Shown piece after piece: positions 51,666 to 61,945 of a DNA stretch of 64,000 nt (positions within the stretch are counted from its first letter, which is position 1; each line of letters starts with the position of its first letter). The position numbers were made by a program, and so were the translations under genes. Source of the stretch: Opitutales bacterium. GTDB taxonomy: Bacteria > Verrucomicrobiota > Verrucomicrobiia > Opitutales > PNEW01. The notes under the pieces are model-generated. The model was not told the origin of the DNA and searched no databases. It saw nothing but the letters and a program-made list of their open reading frames with translations. Location: contig CBDANS010000007.1 of the NCBI GenBank assembly GCA_965197745.1, positions 1,536,001 through 1,600,000 of the forward strand. Direction: 5' to 3'.

Positions 51666-52754
51666 TCATTCTTCGCCGATATCCTCTAGCTTCACAAGCT
51701 CCCCGCGATCTGCTGATTCTTCAACGGCGAAGCAAAGCTTCATAGTCGCATAGGCATCGCGAGGACTTGTTTTAGGAGGCAAACCCCGAGCGACACGTCG
51801 CACGACATCCCTGCTCTGGTCAAGGGTGTTATGGTAGTAGGAATGATTGTCTTGTTCATCCCATGTCAGTTTTTCAGCCAACTTGCTTGTAAAACAATCC
51901 TGGTCCTCGATGAACTCCCAACGTTCGATCGATCGGCCAAAGGTATCGGTTTTTACCACGCCCTTCGTTCCTACGACCACATACTTAAGCACATAGCCCA
52001 ACTCCGACAGCTCATCTTTGTGTTGCGCTTTCATCATTGGGTCATAAGCAGCAGTGGCGGTTGGAAGTCCCATCATACAAGTCAGGTGGCTGACCGCACC
52101 GTTCTCAAAACGGTAGATTGCATGGTAGTTGTCGCGGACTTCGTAATAGGGGATGATATTCGGAGCAGAGCGCGCGAAGACGTCGATGACCGGGGAACCG
52201 ATCCACCATAGGGGCAAGTCGACGTAATGACTAAGCTTTTCACCGAACATGCTACCGGCGATTTCCTTTTTGACGCGCCATTCCCCCTTTCGCCAGGAGC
52301 TAATACTGTAATAGCAGTAGGTGTTGATCAATCTGCCAAGCAAGTTAGCATCGATCCATCGCTTGACTGTCGTGTATAGTTTAGAGTAGCGCAGCTCGAA
52401 TCCGATCTGCAGGTAGCCACCACACTGTTCAACACATTTAACCATCTGGAGCGCATCAGAGAGTGTCGTGGCCATAGGCTTCTCACACATCACTGCTTTC
52501 TTTGCCTCAAGGGCCTGCAAGGTCAGGGCTTTGTGCGTAGCGTTGGTCGTTGCGATAAAAACAAGACGGACCTCAGGATCATTCAAGACATCATTGATAT
52601 GGCGAGTAGTTTGAACTTTGAAACACCTACTAACTTCGTTGAGGGGCTGCTCCTCGATATCATATACGATAATGTCCTGCACGCCTTCAAAGCCATTTAA
52701 GTGTTCAATAATGTGGCCACCCATGTTTCCCGCGCCAAAAACACCAACTTTCAT
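51666..52754 (-). CDS. Gfo/Idh/MocA family oxidoreductase
   Basis: VGVFGAGNMG, CEKPMA, GFELRY, SHYVD. Confidence 0.92.
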   Translation of the reverse strand: MKVGVFGAGNMGGHIIEHLNGFEGVQDIIVYDIEEQPLNEVSRCFKVQTTRHINDVLNDPEVRLVFIATTNATHKALTLQALEAKKAVMCEKPMATTLSDALQMVKCVEQCGGYLQIGFELRYSKLYTTVKRWIDANLLGRLINTYCYYSISSWRKGEWRVKKEIAGSMFGEKLSHYVDLPLWWIGSPVIDVFARSAPNIIPYYEVRDNYHAIYRFENGAVSHLTCMMGLPTATAAYDPMMKAQHKDELSELGYVLKYVVVGTKGVVKTDTFGRSIERWEFIEDQDCFTSKLAEKLTWDEQDNHSYYHNTLDQSRDVVRRVARGLPPKTSPRDAYATMKLCFAVEESADRGELVKLEDIGEE

Positions 52755-52803
52755 TTGTTCCCTTCCTTCGTTCAGTTAGGGAGGGCAGCAGAAATAACGA
52801 TAT

Positions 52804-53905
52804 TCATTTGTTGACCTCTCTTGCAGCTGCATCGTAAACCTCGCGCAACAGTACGCGCCTACCTTCGGCCTGGGCAATCCGAGCGGCTTCGATTATGGCG
52901 ATCGGTTCGAGAATATGTTCGTAGGGAATGGGTGGTTTTCCGGTGTCGATCATCTGCCGAAATAAGTGGACGATTCGTTCGGTGCCGCTGCCAAACTCAG
53001 GGTCGCCGATGGGAGGCGAATGAATCACGCCCAGATTGCTGTAAGCGGAGCAGTAATACGAGCAACTGCGGGGCATAAGAGTATTGGGGGCATTGACAAA
53101 CATCGCCTCGAGACCGCTGGGGTAGTGCAGCAGGATGCATTCGAGAGGAATCGAGCCCATGCACTCGACCCATTCCACGCCATATCCCATCAACCCCTGT
53201 GCTGTAGCCAGACCGTGAATGACCGCTCCATTTGCCGGGCCAGCGCCCTTGACTACAAGCAGTCCCACCTCACCGATCTCATCAAAGCGTTGGCCAAACT
53301 TTTTGCCGACATCGGTGTGTGCCAGGATCGAGGCGCTCATCAAAATGGTGTTATGCTCTTTAGCCAACCTGACCATCTCCTGCGCGTCCGCCAAGGTAGC
53401 TGCAAAGGGTTTATCCACTAATGTGGGAATACCTCCTCTCCAGAAATGGCCGGGCCAGCTCCAGGTGGTCTGCACCATCGCGCGGCGAACTGGAGTCGGC
53501 GATGTAGGCGGCGTCTACCCCTTCAGCCGTTTCCTCTATTGTATCGCAGACCTTGGGGTGGCTCAGGAATGTCTTGGAATAAGCGATCGCCCGACCCGGG
53601 TAGGTGCCGTACTGGAGTTTTGGATTACCGTTATTATCTTCACCCTCTTCCATAATACGGTCAAAGACTTTGCTGATCACGAAGCCCGGCACGGGTTTGA
53701 TCCTTATCTCTCCCGGGCTGGCAAGAACCTTGAAATAGTGATGGACGGACTCACGCGTTGGGGCATCGTCACTGTACGTCGCCAGGATCAGTGGGTCGAC
53801 ATGGTCCATGAAGATACCGAACCAGTAAGCGTGCGTATCGCAGCGAACAATAGCCAGGCGTGTCTTTTGATTACTCGTCATCGATCGGTCTTTTGCGCTA
53901 TTCAC
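52804..53905 (-). CDS. Gfo/Idh/MocA-like oxidoreductase; apparent +1 frameshift near 53435
   Basis: DGADHLELARPFLE (ORF 53411-53905) joins GIPTLVDKPFA (ORF 52804-53478) after removing one base. Confidence 0.8.
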
Positions 53906-54737
53906 GGTCAGTCACAATCTGCTGATCCGGTACAGGGGTTTCGGTTGGTGTATTCAGAGCGGTAATTTCCATGAGCCGCTTATTGTCCTGGCAGGCGATT
54001 TGACCACCATCGACGATGATAGCCTGGCCATTTAGAAACGAAGCATCCTGCGAGAGCAAGAACGTGATCACCGAAGCGATCTCTTCTGGCCTGCCATAAC
54101 GATCCATCGGAATCTGTTTAAGGTAAGCCTTTTTAAAAAGCATTTCCTGGATACTCAGGTCGCCTGGTGTATCGATAACGCCAGGACAGACTGCATTGAC
54201 ACGTATGTTATTGCAAGCGAACTCACCCGCTGCGGTTCGTGTCAGCGCGACAAGGGCGGCTTTGGACGCATCGTAAGCAGCGTTGTTCGTACTGGATCGG
54301 TAGGCGTTTCGGCTGGAGACATTAACAATTGCTCCGCCGCCGGCTTTTGACATTTCGTGCGCTAACTCACGTATCAGCGCAAATGGCGCGCCGACGTTGA
54401 CGTCGAAGTTCAACCGCCACACCTGATCAGACATTTCGGTTATGGGTCCGCCGTCCCAAACGCCAGCATTATTGACCAGTTGTGTGATAGGCCCATGGCT
54501 ATCCGTCAGGTCGGAGATTAACTTTGGAATAGCCTTGATCTTCCGTAGGTCGAAGCAGCACGGAATTATCCCATGGTTTTTTGTCTCTGACATCAAAGCA
54601 TCAAGGCTATCCTGGCAACGATCCAGGGCGACCACACGCACCTTCTGTTCGAACAGGCGCAAAGCTGTTGTTTTACCAATACCGTTGGCTGCTCCAGTCA
54701 CCAGTGCAAGCGTTGATTGTTGCAACGTCATTGTCAT
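53898..54737 (-). CDS. SDR oxidoreductase
   Basis: TGAANGIG, NNAG, YDASK, RVNAVCPG, VDGG. Confidence 0.92.
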   Translation of the reverse strand: MTMTLQQSTLALVTGAANGIGKTTALRLFEQKVRVVALDRCQDSLDALMSETKNHGIIPCCFDLRKIKAIPKLISDLTDSHGPITQLVNNAGVWDGGPITEMSDQVWRLNFDVNVGAPFALIRELAHEMSKAGGGAIVNVSSRNAYRSSTNNAAYDASKAALVALTRTAAGEFACNNIRVNAVCPGVIDTPGDLSIQEMLFKKAYLKQIPMDRYGRPEEIASVITFLLSQDASFLNGQAIIVDGGQIACQDNKRLMEITALNTPTETPVPDQQIVTDRE

Positions 54738-54753
54738 TTCCTTTGTCGATGCC

Positions 54754-55218
54754 TTATCGGTTGATGATGTCGCCGTACTCCTGGAACATTTCAATACTGA
54801 TGTCATCAGGATCGAGTGCGTACATGGCGCGTGCGACCTTTTGCCCGTCGCGGATTACATCGGTGGGCGGGTTGACGGCACCGTGGCCAGCCTTTTTCAA
54901 TGCCGCATACTGTGCGTCGATATCATCGACCTCAAAGGCAATGTGGGACGAGCCCACGAAGTAATTCGAAAGCTTACGCTTCTCACATGGCGGGTTCAGA
55001 TACTGGAACAGCTCCAGCAGAAATTCATTAACCGGATGGCGCAAAAGCGCCACTAAAAGATTGACGTCATTGTAACCCAGAATCGCATCATAGGACGGTA
55101 AATTCGACCGTTCAGAGACGCGAACTACTTCCAGACCCAGGCAGTCGCGGTTGAATATTAGCGACTGTTCGAGGTTGGAGACCGTAAAACCATGGTGATG
55201 GATCATCTTGATGGCCAT
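54754..55218 (-). CDS. VOC/glyoxalase family protein
   Basis: HHHGFTVSNLEQS, LELFQY, HIAFEVDDI, DPDDISIE. Confidence 0.9.
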   Translation of the reverse strand: MAIKMIHHHGFTVSNLEQSLIFNRDCLGLEVVRVSERSNLPSYDAILGYNDVNLLVALLRHPVNEFLLELFQYLNPPCEKRKLSNYFVGSSHIAFEVDDIDAQYAALKKAGHGAVNPPTDVIRDGQKVARAMYALDPDDISIEMFQEYGDIINR

Positions 55219-55224
55219 ACCTAG

Positions 55225-55389
55225 AGATCCAGCGGTTGGCGCCGGTGATCAGCAGACCGCGTTGCCCATAACAATTGCAAACGGGAGATATTCACTGGGA
55301 ATTGCCGCAGGAAAGTTCCACGGAGTTAAAACCGTAACGACACCAAGCGGTCACCAAAATGTCAATACCCGCTTTTTGGGATAGAAAGA
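55225..55389 (-). pseudogene. Aldehyde dehydrogenase internal remnant
   Basis: Manual translation KRVLTFW*PLGVVTVLTPWNFPAAIPSEYLPFAIVMGNAVC*SPA; PLGVV..TPWNFP and GN.V are ALDH hallmarks. Confidence 0.75.
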
Positions 55390-55447
55390 TGCGTGATCTA
55401 TCGATCAGTGTTAGGTGTTAAGTTTTAAGTGTTAAGCAATTAGGTAA

Positions 55448-55524
55448 GGTGGAGCGGGCTGTCCCTAGCGCGCTTCTTCTCTTCTATTAATAAACTAGCG
55501 CGCTAGGGACAGCCGCGTTCCACC
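55448..55524. repeat. Family B REP pair, empty form
   Basis: GGTGGAGCGGGCTGTCCCTAGCGCGCT...AGCGCGCTAGGGACAGCCGCGTTCCACC, near-perfect long hairpin. Confidence 0.85.
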
Positions 55525-55642
55525 GTATATGTCATAGGGAAGATGACAATTTGCATATTACAGCTGAACTCTGAAACGTGAACCTTCTTTTTAACAGGCG
55601 CAATAACGCTATTCAACTGTTAACCGTTCACTGTTTACTCTC

Positions 55643-58225
55643 TTAATCTCCCCTTGGAAGTGAAGTATAGAGGGTGAGGCCCTCCATGGACTTTTCTCTT
55701 TCAGGTATAATCAAGCTGCAGAAGTAGCCCACAATGAAACAGACGACGAATCCAATAAATGCGTAATAGTAAAAATTAATATCGGTATGGAATTTTATAA
55801 AAAAGAGACAAACCGCGCTCGTGATCGCACCAATAAATGCGCCGATTCCATTGGATCGTCGTGTAAAAATACCCAGGGCAAATAATCCCCCCAGACCGCT
55901 GCTGAATAATCCAAGGATTGAAATGAAAAAGAGAGATGCGGATTTGATATCAAAGGATACCATGATTAAGGCGATGGTAGTAGCAAATACTCCAATAATC
56001 AAAGTGGCCCATCGCGCGAGATTTAAACAGCTATGTTCGGAGGCGTTTGGCTTGAATCGACGATAAAAATCAGTGACATAAGCTGTGGCCATCGAGTTCA
56101 TACCGCTGTCCAGACTGGACATCGCGGCGGAAAAAATAGCGGCTATCACGAACCCCGCTACCCCCACGGGTATTCTCTGCGAAATAAATAATGGCAAGAT
56201 AACATCATTCTGCATCCCCAAGTTTAGACTAGAAGGGTGAGCTTTGTAAAAAGCATATAAAGCTGTACCCATGAAGTAAAATAATAATCCGGTGGGGATC
56301 TTCATCGCTACGTTTAACCATAACCCCTTGGCGGCTGCTTTTTCATCCTTTGTTGTGAGATATCTTTGGATCATAGACTGATCTGAGGTATACATAATTA
56401 AGGTCCCGAACCCACCACCAATAACTACGGCCCAAAAGGTAGTCGCGGTTATATCCCATTCCAGGTAGAGGACACGGAATTTGTCGTCAGCTATCCCTGT
56501 TTTGAACACCTCAATAATACCGCCATCGATGTGAAAGGGAATAACGACCAGGGCGACGATGATCCCGCCAAAAAATATAATAACTTGAACAACATCAGTC
56601 CAAACCACCGCTTCAATACCACCGAGCACGGTATAAAAGGTGCTCAACAGTCCCATCGAAAGGATGCACACATAAATATTTATACCGGTAATGGTGGAGA
56701 GAACAATGGCGGGTAAATACATCACGATGCTGATCCGTACCAATTGGAAAATAATAAACTGTGCGCTACCGTATAAGCGGACGGGGAGATTGAAACGTTT
56801 TTCAAGGTATTCGAAAACGGTGACGATGTTGAGCCTTCTGAAAAAAGGGAGATAAAAATAGATGGTAATAATAGGGACGAGTATGATACCTATATACCCG
56901 GGATAGGTAAACCAGTCCGTGGCATAAACTAATGCGGGCAGGGAAATATAAGTGAGCGCGCTAAACCCCGTCCCCAAGACACTGAGTCCTGAGGCCCACC
57001 AGGGAACACGTCGGCTGGCGAGAAAATAATCGTCCGTTCCCTTCTCCCGTTTGGAAAAATAGAGCCCCATGATTACCAACCCAATCATGTATGAAATAAG
57101 AAAGAGGTAATTAATTATGCCAAACTTCGCACGCGCGCTGATGTCATGCATCATTAGCTGTACCTTGGGTGTTCTTCTGCCCGGTCGAATTTCACCACTC
57201 GTCAGGGCAATACCACCTCCCCAGGCCACGGCTTCCGCGTTGACTACACTTATTGGAATTTCATCTTTGCTTAGCCAGGTGTTAGTGATCGTGTGATAGA
57301 CGAGCAGGTCAGAGGAAAATCCTGGATGGGCATCGCCCAGTATTTGATCGATAAATTCACCTGTCGCTCCACCAAATATCAGAATATGCGATTGCCCGTA
57401 GGATAAAACGGGAGCTGCCGTGACGGGATGCGGGGCATCAGTAATACGCTCCCACTGCTTAAACCTTGGAGTGTAGCGGTATCCGTCAGTCAAAGGTTGA
57501 GGCTTAACTTTACCGGCCCCTTTATTGATGAGGGTTTCGCCACCAATAATATATAAATAAGTTTTATCACCCTCATTCTGAGCGGCAACGATCGCCTTCC
57601 TCCGAGCCGGACCATCCCAGGGTTCCAATACTTCCCATCCGGCCTCTTTGTCACTTAAGTTGAGTGACCAGAAAACCTTGGACAGGTTTTCTCTGCTTCC
57701 AATGGCCTGGCCACCTGCGACATAGAGTTTATCTCCTATCTTAGCGGCATCACCATAGGCTAGCGGTTGTGGCAGCACAGGCAGTGATACTTGTTCAATA
57801 TTCTGAGTTTCAGGATTCCAGATGAGTTGTGTGACCCCGTCATGATAGCTCTCGGCATCACTACCTCCGATCAGGATCAGGTTGTCTCCGGTGCTGACCG
57901 ATGCCCCGTAGGCGAGGGGTTGCTTAAGTTTGAATCCGGTCAACCACTTCTTATCTTTATTTTCAGGGGTTAAAACATATACCGTGTCATACCAGACTTT
58001 TGTTCCATTCTTCCACGCCGGTTTATCGGGAAAGTTCGCGCCACCAGCGACGATCAGTGCGCCGTTGCTGACACCGGCAAATACGCCTCCCAAGCCAATC
58101 GTATGCGGAAGATCAGGTAGCTCCTCCCAAGTGATGGCTTCCGGATTCTGGGTATCACTTTCACTGCAACCCGTATTTAATAAGACACCGACAAGAGATA
58201 AAAGAATAACGAATAGACGTTTCAT
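55643..58225 (-). CDS. Sodium:solute symporter with N-terminal Kelch-repeat (NanM-like) domain, lipoprotein-type signal
   Basis: LLNTGC lipobox-like, WEELPDLP, LIVAGGANFP, then SSS core (DYFLASRRVPWW, FEYLEKRF, AAMSSLDS). Confidence 0.92.
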   Translation of the reverse strand: MKRLFVILLSLVGVLLNTGCSESDTQNPEAITWEELPDLPHTIGLGGVFAGVSNGALIVAGGANFPDKPAWKNGTKVWYDTVYVLTPENKDKKWLTGFKLKQPLAYGASVSTGDNLILIGGSDAESYHDGVTQLIWNPETQNIEQVSLPVLPQPLAYGDAAKIGDKLYVAGGQAIGSRENLSKVFWSLNLSDKEAGWEVLEPWDGPARRKAIVAAQNEGDKTYLYIIGGETLINKGAGKVKPQPLTDGYRYTPRFKQWERITDAPHPVTAAPVLSYGQSHILIFGGATGEFIDQILGDAHPGFSSDLLVYHTITNTWLSKDEIPISVVNAEAVAWGGGIALTSGEIRPGRRTPKVQLMMHDISARAKFGIINYLFLISYMIGLVIMGLYFSKREKGTDDYFLASRRVPWWASGLSVLGTGFSALTYISLPALVYATDWFTYPGYIGIILVPIITIYFYLPFFRRLNIVTVFEYLEKRFNLPVRLYGSAQFIIFQLVRISIVMYLPAIVLSTITGINIYVCILSMGLLSTFYTVLGGIEAVVWTDVVQVIIFFGGIIVALVVIPFHIDGGIIEVFKTGIADDKFRVLYLEWDITATTFWAVVIGGGFGTLIMYTSDQSMIQRYLTTKDEKAAAKGLWLNVAMKIPTGLLFYFMGTALYAFYKAHPSSLNLGMQNDVILPLFISQRIPVGVAGFVIAAIFSAAMSSLDSGMNSMATAYVTDFYRRFKPNASEHSCLNLARWATLIIGVFATTIALIMVSFDIKSASLFFISILGLFSSGLGGLFALGIFTRRSNGIGAFIGAITSAVCLFFIKFHTDINFYYYAFIGFVVCFIVGYFCSLIIPEREKSMEGLTLYTSLPRGD

Positions 58226-58279
58226 CGGGGCTGTGATGACAGTGCCGTTGAAAGTAAAAGCTGTCCAGAGTTAATCCCC

Positions 58280-59014
58280 TCAAACATTTTGATCATCGCG
58301 TATTATATTTTTAATTTTTTCTCTGAGCAGCGTTTTCAATTCATCATAGTGTGTCAGCCAGATACTATGAGCGGCATCTTTAATTTCAAAATACTCTCCT
58401 TTTCTGATTAAATTTGCTAACTGTTCTGTCGGCCAATTAAGCCTTATATCCTTCCCCGCATTTATAAATATCGCTGGAACATTTATACTCGCTATATCAT
58501 GTAACAAATTAGGGTTCTTTATGTATTCTCTCCATGATAGAGAACCTATTTTATTTACCATCGGGTCTGCTTGAAAAATTTTACCTCCATGATCTTCACC
58601 GTATTTCTCTAAATTTTCATGGTATGTTTTACTCCATTCTCTGTCATTAACAATTCTTCCACCGGCGATTCCGATCAACCCGATAACATTTTGAGGATAC
58701 TTAATGGTATAGGCTAGCGCAACATCTGGACCTGCAGAATGGCCGCCAATAATAAATTGGTTAAAATTATATTCTTTTCTGATAAATTCTATATCTCCCA
58801 ATGTTGTTTCCAAATCATAATTGCCGTCATAGTCCGATCTTCCACATCCCCTCGGTTCAAACCTAACGACTCGGCATAAGTCATCGAGCATTTCTGAAAT
58901 TGGTTCCAGGTAATCGTCACACCCTGGGCCGCCGTTACAAAGAAGTAGAGGGAAGCCTCGACCATTTATTGTAGTCCAGATTTCCGTTCCGTTATTATTT
59001 AGTATTTTGTCCAT
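58280..59014 (-). CDS. Alpha/beta hydrolase (proline iminopeptidase-like)
   Basis: NGGPG, EPRGCGRS, GHSAG nucleophile elbow, AAH. Confidence 0.88.
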   Translation of the reverse strand: MDKILNNNGTEIWTTINGRGFPLLLCNGGPGCDDYLEPISEMLDDLCRVVRFEPRGCGRSDYDGNYDLETTLGDIEFIRKEYNFNQFIIGGHSAGPDVALAYTIKYPQNVIGLIGIAGGRIVNDREWSKTYHENLEKYGEDHGGKIFQADPMVNKIGSLSWREYIKNPNLLHDIASINVPAIFINAGKDIRLNWPTEQLANLIRKGEYFEIKDAAHSIWLTHYDELKTLLREKIKNIIRDDQNV

Positions 59015-59032
59015 TAAATGATACTCGTAAGC

Positions 59033-59854
59033 TCAACCGTCGTGGGAGCGATATTCACCGCTGGCGTTCCAGCCGGGATACTGCTCTTCAAGAGCAGCGA
59101 GCGTCTGGCGGGTGTAGTAGGAGTGATCGGGCGGGGGAAATCGGAAGAGCTGTCGGTCGGCGGCGTCAAGGCTACCGATAAACTCGCGGAAATGGGGGTC
59201 TTGCATCACATGGGTGTAATATTCGACGCCCTCCCAGTAGTGGTCAGCGCGGCCAAAGGCGAACTTCCAGATGTAACGCTGGCTGTCCTCGCGAAGGAAG
59301 TCGCTGCCGGAGTGCCAGCTGTAGTTGTGGAAGATGGCCACCGAGCCACCGGGGGCGATCATCGCTTCGGCGCGCGTAGGGTCCTGGTGTTGACCGTCGG
59401 CGTCGGCGGACAAGAGTGTGGGGCCTTGATCAGGGTCGACGTCTTCCAGGCAGAACCAGAAATTGAGCTGACTGTAGCTGCGGTCGGATTCAGTGGGCGG
59501 CAGCAGTGAGTTGTTGCCATTGTCAATGTGGAAGGACATGTTCTTGCGGCCGGGATAGGTGATCAGGCCGAGTCCCGGGCGGTAGTGGATCTGGTCAGTG
59601 TCGAGCCAACGGCGGGAGAATGCGATCGCTTCGCGATTAAGGATGGCGCGGTTCAAGCATTGCTCTGGATAGGGGAAGTGACAATTCGACGAGAATTTGG
59701 CCGGTAGATTCCCCTTGGCTTCGTCCCAAGGTTTGAGGATGCGGCGGAGGGCGGCGGCCATTTCGGCGCGTTGCAATTCAGGCAGAAAGTTGTGAACGAT
59801 AGCGTAGCCCCGGGTAGCGAGAGCGTCAAATACGGTGTCGTTTAGTTTTTGCAT
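59033..59854 (-). CDS. PhyH-like dioxygenase
   Basis: RGYAIVHNFL, FHID, LEDVDPDQGPT, SWHSGS. Confidence 0.75.
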   Translation of the reverse strand: MQKLNDTVFDALATRGYAIVHNFLPELQRAEMAAALRRILKPWDEAKGNLPAKFSSNCHFPYPEQCLNRAILNREAIAFSRRWLDTDQIHYRPGLGLITYPGRKNMSFHIDNGNNSLLPPTESDRSYSQLNFWFCLEDVDPDQGPTLLSADADGQHQDPTRAEAMIAPGGSVAIFHNYSWHSGSDFLREDSQRYIWKFAFGRADHYWEGVEYYTHVMQDPHFREFIGSLDAADRQLFRFPPPDHSYYTRQTLAALEEQYPGWNASGEYRSHDG

Positions 59855-60094
59855 GGTGTTTTCGAGAAGAGTATGCGCGTTAGCTTATGCAGATGGTGGC
59901 TGCTTGATCTTGAATCTTTTTCTATCGTCGATTCGATTTGCTTTGGTAATAAGGAAGATATTATTAAAAAGGCCAAGTTAAACAATAAGGTATATAAGAA
60001 ATGAACTTATCTTACCTTACTGACAAAAGCTTTAACAAATCATCAAATTGATTGCTTGCAACAACGATAAAATTAATTGGAAAAGGAGCAGACC

Positions 60095-61659
60095 TTGGGA
60101 ATAATCGATACAGCGGTCATCGTAATTTATTTATGCGTCCTTGTCGTTATGGGTGTGTATTTTTCACGCCGCCAAAAGACGACAGAAAACTATTTTCTAG
60201 CAGGTCGAAACTTACCGGGATGGGTGGTCGGTTTTTCTATTATGGGAACAATTATCGGGACCATTACCTTCATTGGTAATCCCGGAGAGGTATTTAAAAC
60301 TAACATGTGGGGTTTGCCCTCGAGTTTAGCGTACCCGTTCGTCATGGTTTTTGTGTCCGTTTATATAGTCTCCTTTTATCGCCGGACGATTCGCATGACT
60401 GCCTATCGATATTTGGAGATGCGGTTTGGCTACCCCGTGCGGGCCTATGGCGCGGGTGTATTTCTGGTCGGCCACATTTTACATTTAAGTATGACTTTCT
60501 ATTTTCTGGCGGTCGCCGTTGCTTACATGAGCGGATGGGATGTGTGGTGGGTAATCCTTTTCGTAGGCCTGGCGACAGTCATTTACACAGTGGTCGGAGG
60601 TATAGAAGCTGTCGTCTGGTCTGATGTAATACAAGGCAACTTACTTTTAATCGGCGGTCTGACTTGTCTGTGTGTGCTTCTTTTCTCATCCGATGCTGGT
60701 CCCACCGTAATTGTCGCCAAAGCCTGGGAGGGGGGGAAGTTTTCATTGGGTAATTGGGATTTCAGCTGGTATGAAAAAAAATGTGGTTTTTCGTTGTTGG
60801 TGGAATATTGGGCGCACTCCAAAGTTTAGCCTGTGACCAGTCCAATGTACAACGTTATCTCCTGGCAAAGACAGATAAAGAAGCAGCTCGTGCAGCCTTT
60901 ATGGGAGCAGTTGTCTGTGTTCCCATCTGGTTCCTTTTTATGGTAATAGGTGCTTTAACGTGGGCGTTTTATGAATTATCAACGGATCCACTTCCAGCCG
61001 AGGTGCTTCAACAAAAGGACTTTATCCTACCGTATTTTATAAAAACCCAATTACCTGCAGGATTGGTTGGGCTTATTTTAGCTGCATTATTAGCATCAGC
61101 CATGTCATCAATCGATTCACATTTGAATGCAATTGCGCTCGTCGTCGTCAATGATTTTTATGTGCGACTACGCCCCAAATCCAAAGATAAACATCGACTG
61201 CTCCTGGGGAAAACTGTGGTTGTGTTTTTTGGCGTGTCCTCGATCATAATGGCACAGCAATGGATCGGGATTAAATCGGTTATTGAATTATCCATTGTCG
61301 TTGGAGCGATGATACCGGGGGGAATTCTCGGTGTGTTTACTCTCGGGTTTTTATTTCGATGGACGACGGCAAGGGGTGCCTGTATTGCCATTGCAATTAG
61401 TATTATCTTTAATTCGTGGGCAGCGTTTACGCGTATTACTCTCCCAGGAATGGAATCACCCTTGCTTGATTTCGGGCGTTTTAATTACACTTTGAGCCCA
61501 TTCGTGATTGGAATATTCAGCTATTTTGTTCTCCTGGGCGCCGGCATGCTGGCGAGTTTACTTGCAGGGGGGCCCCGATCGGATACCAGGGATCTTACTT
61601 TTTGGGATGTCCTCGAAAGACGTCGGGAGGAGAAGAAATTATTGAAAAGTGAACAGTGA
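60095..61659 (+). CDS. Sodium:solute symporter, copy 1; -1 frameshift in an A8 run (60774-60781)
   Basis: TTG start after AAGGAG; ORFs 60077-60829 and 60781-61659 together match intact paralog 61946-63511. Confidence 0.88.
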
Positions 61660-61696
61660 ACAGTGCTTCTGCGTCTTAACATGGGTGATGATTTTT

Positions 61697-61736
61697 AGCG
61701 AGAACGTTGAATACGGTGTCGTTTAATTTTTGCATG
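61697..61736 (-). pseudogene. 5' remnant (about 13 codons, MQKLNDTVFNVLA) of the PhyH gene at 59033-59854
   Basis: gcgagaacgttgaatacggtgtcgtttaatttttgcat matches 59817-59854. Confidence 0.7.
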
Positions 61737-61945
61737 GTGTATTCGGAATTGGTGAGCGCGTTAGCTTATCTTGCAACTTCCTCTAGGGTCGAATCGGATT
61801 GCATTTCTGAAATTGAAAATATTATTAAGAAGGCAAATTAAACTATTCGGTATTATAGAAATAAACTTATCTCACTCAGATAACAAAAGCATTAATATTT
61901 CATCGAAATGATCGCCTGTTATAATAATATGAAGCGGAGCAACCC

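Noticed and set aside
55225..55389. Selenocysteine or TGA recoding in the ALDH fragment
   Set aside because: The fragment lacks both ends, the stops are not at the catalytic Cys, and TGA terminates many intact genes.
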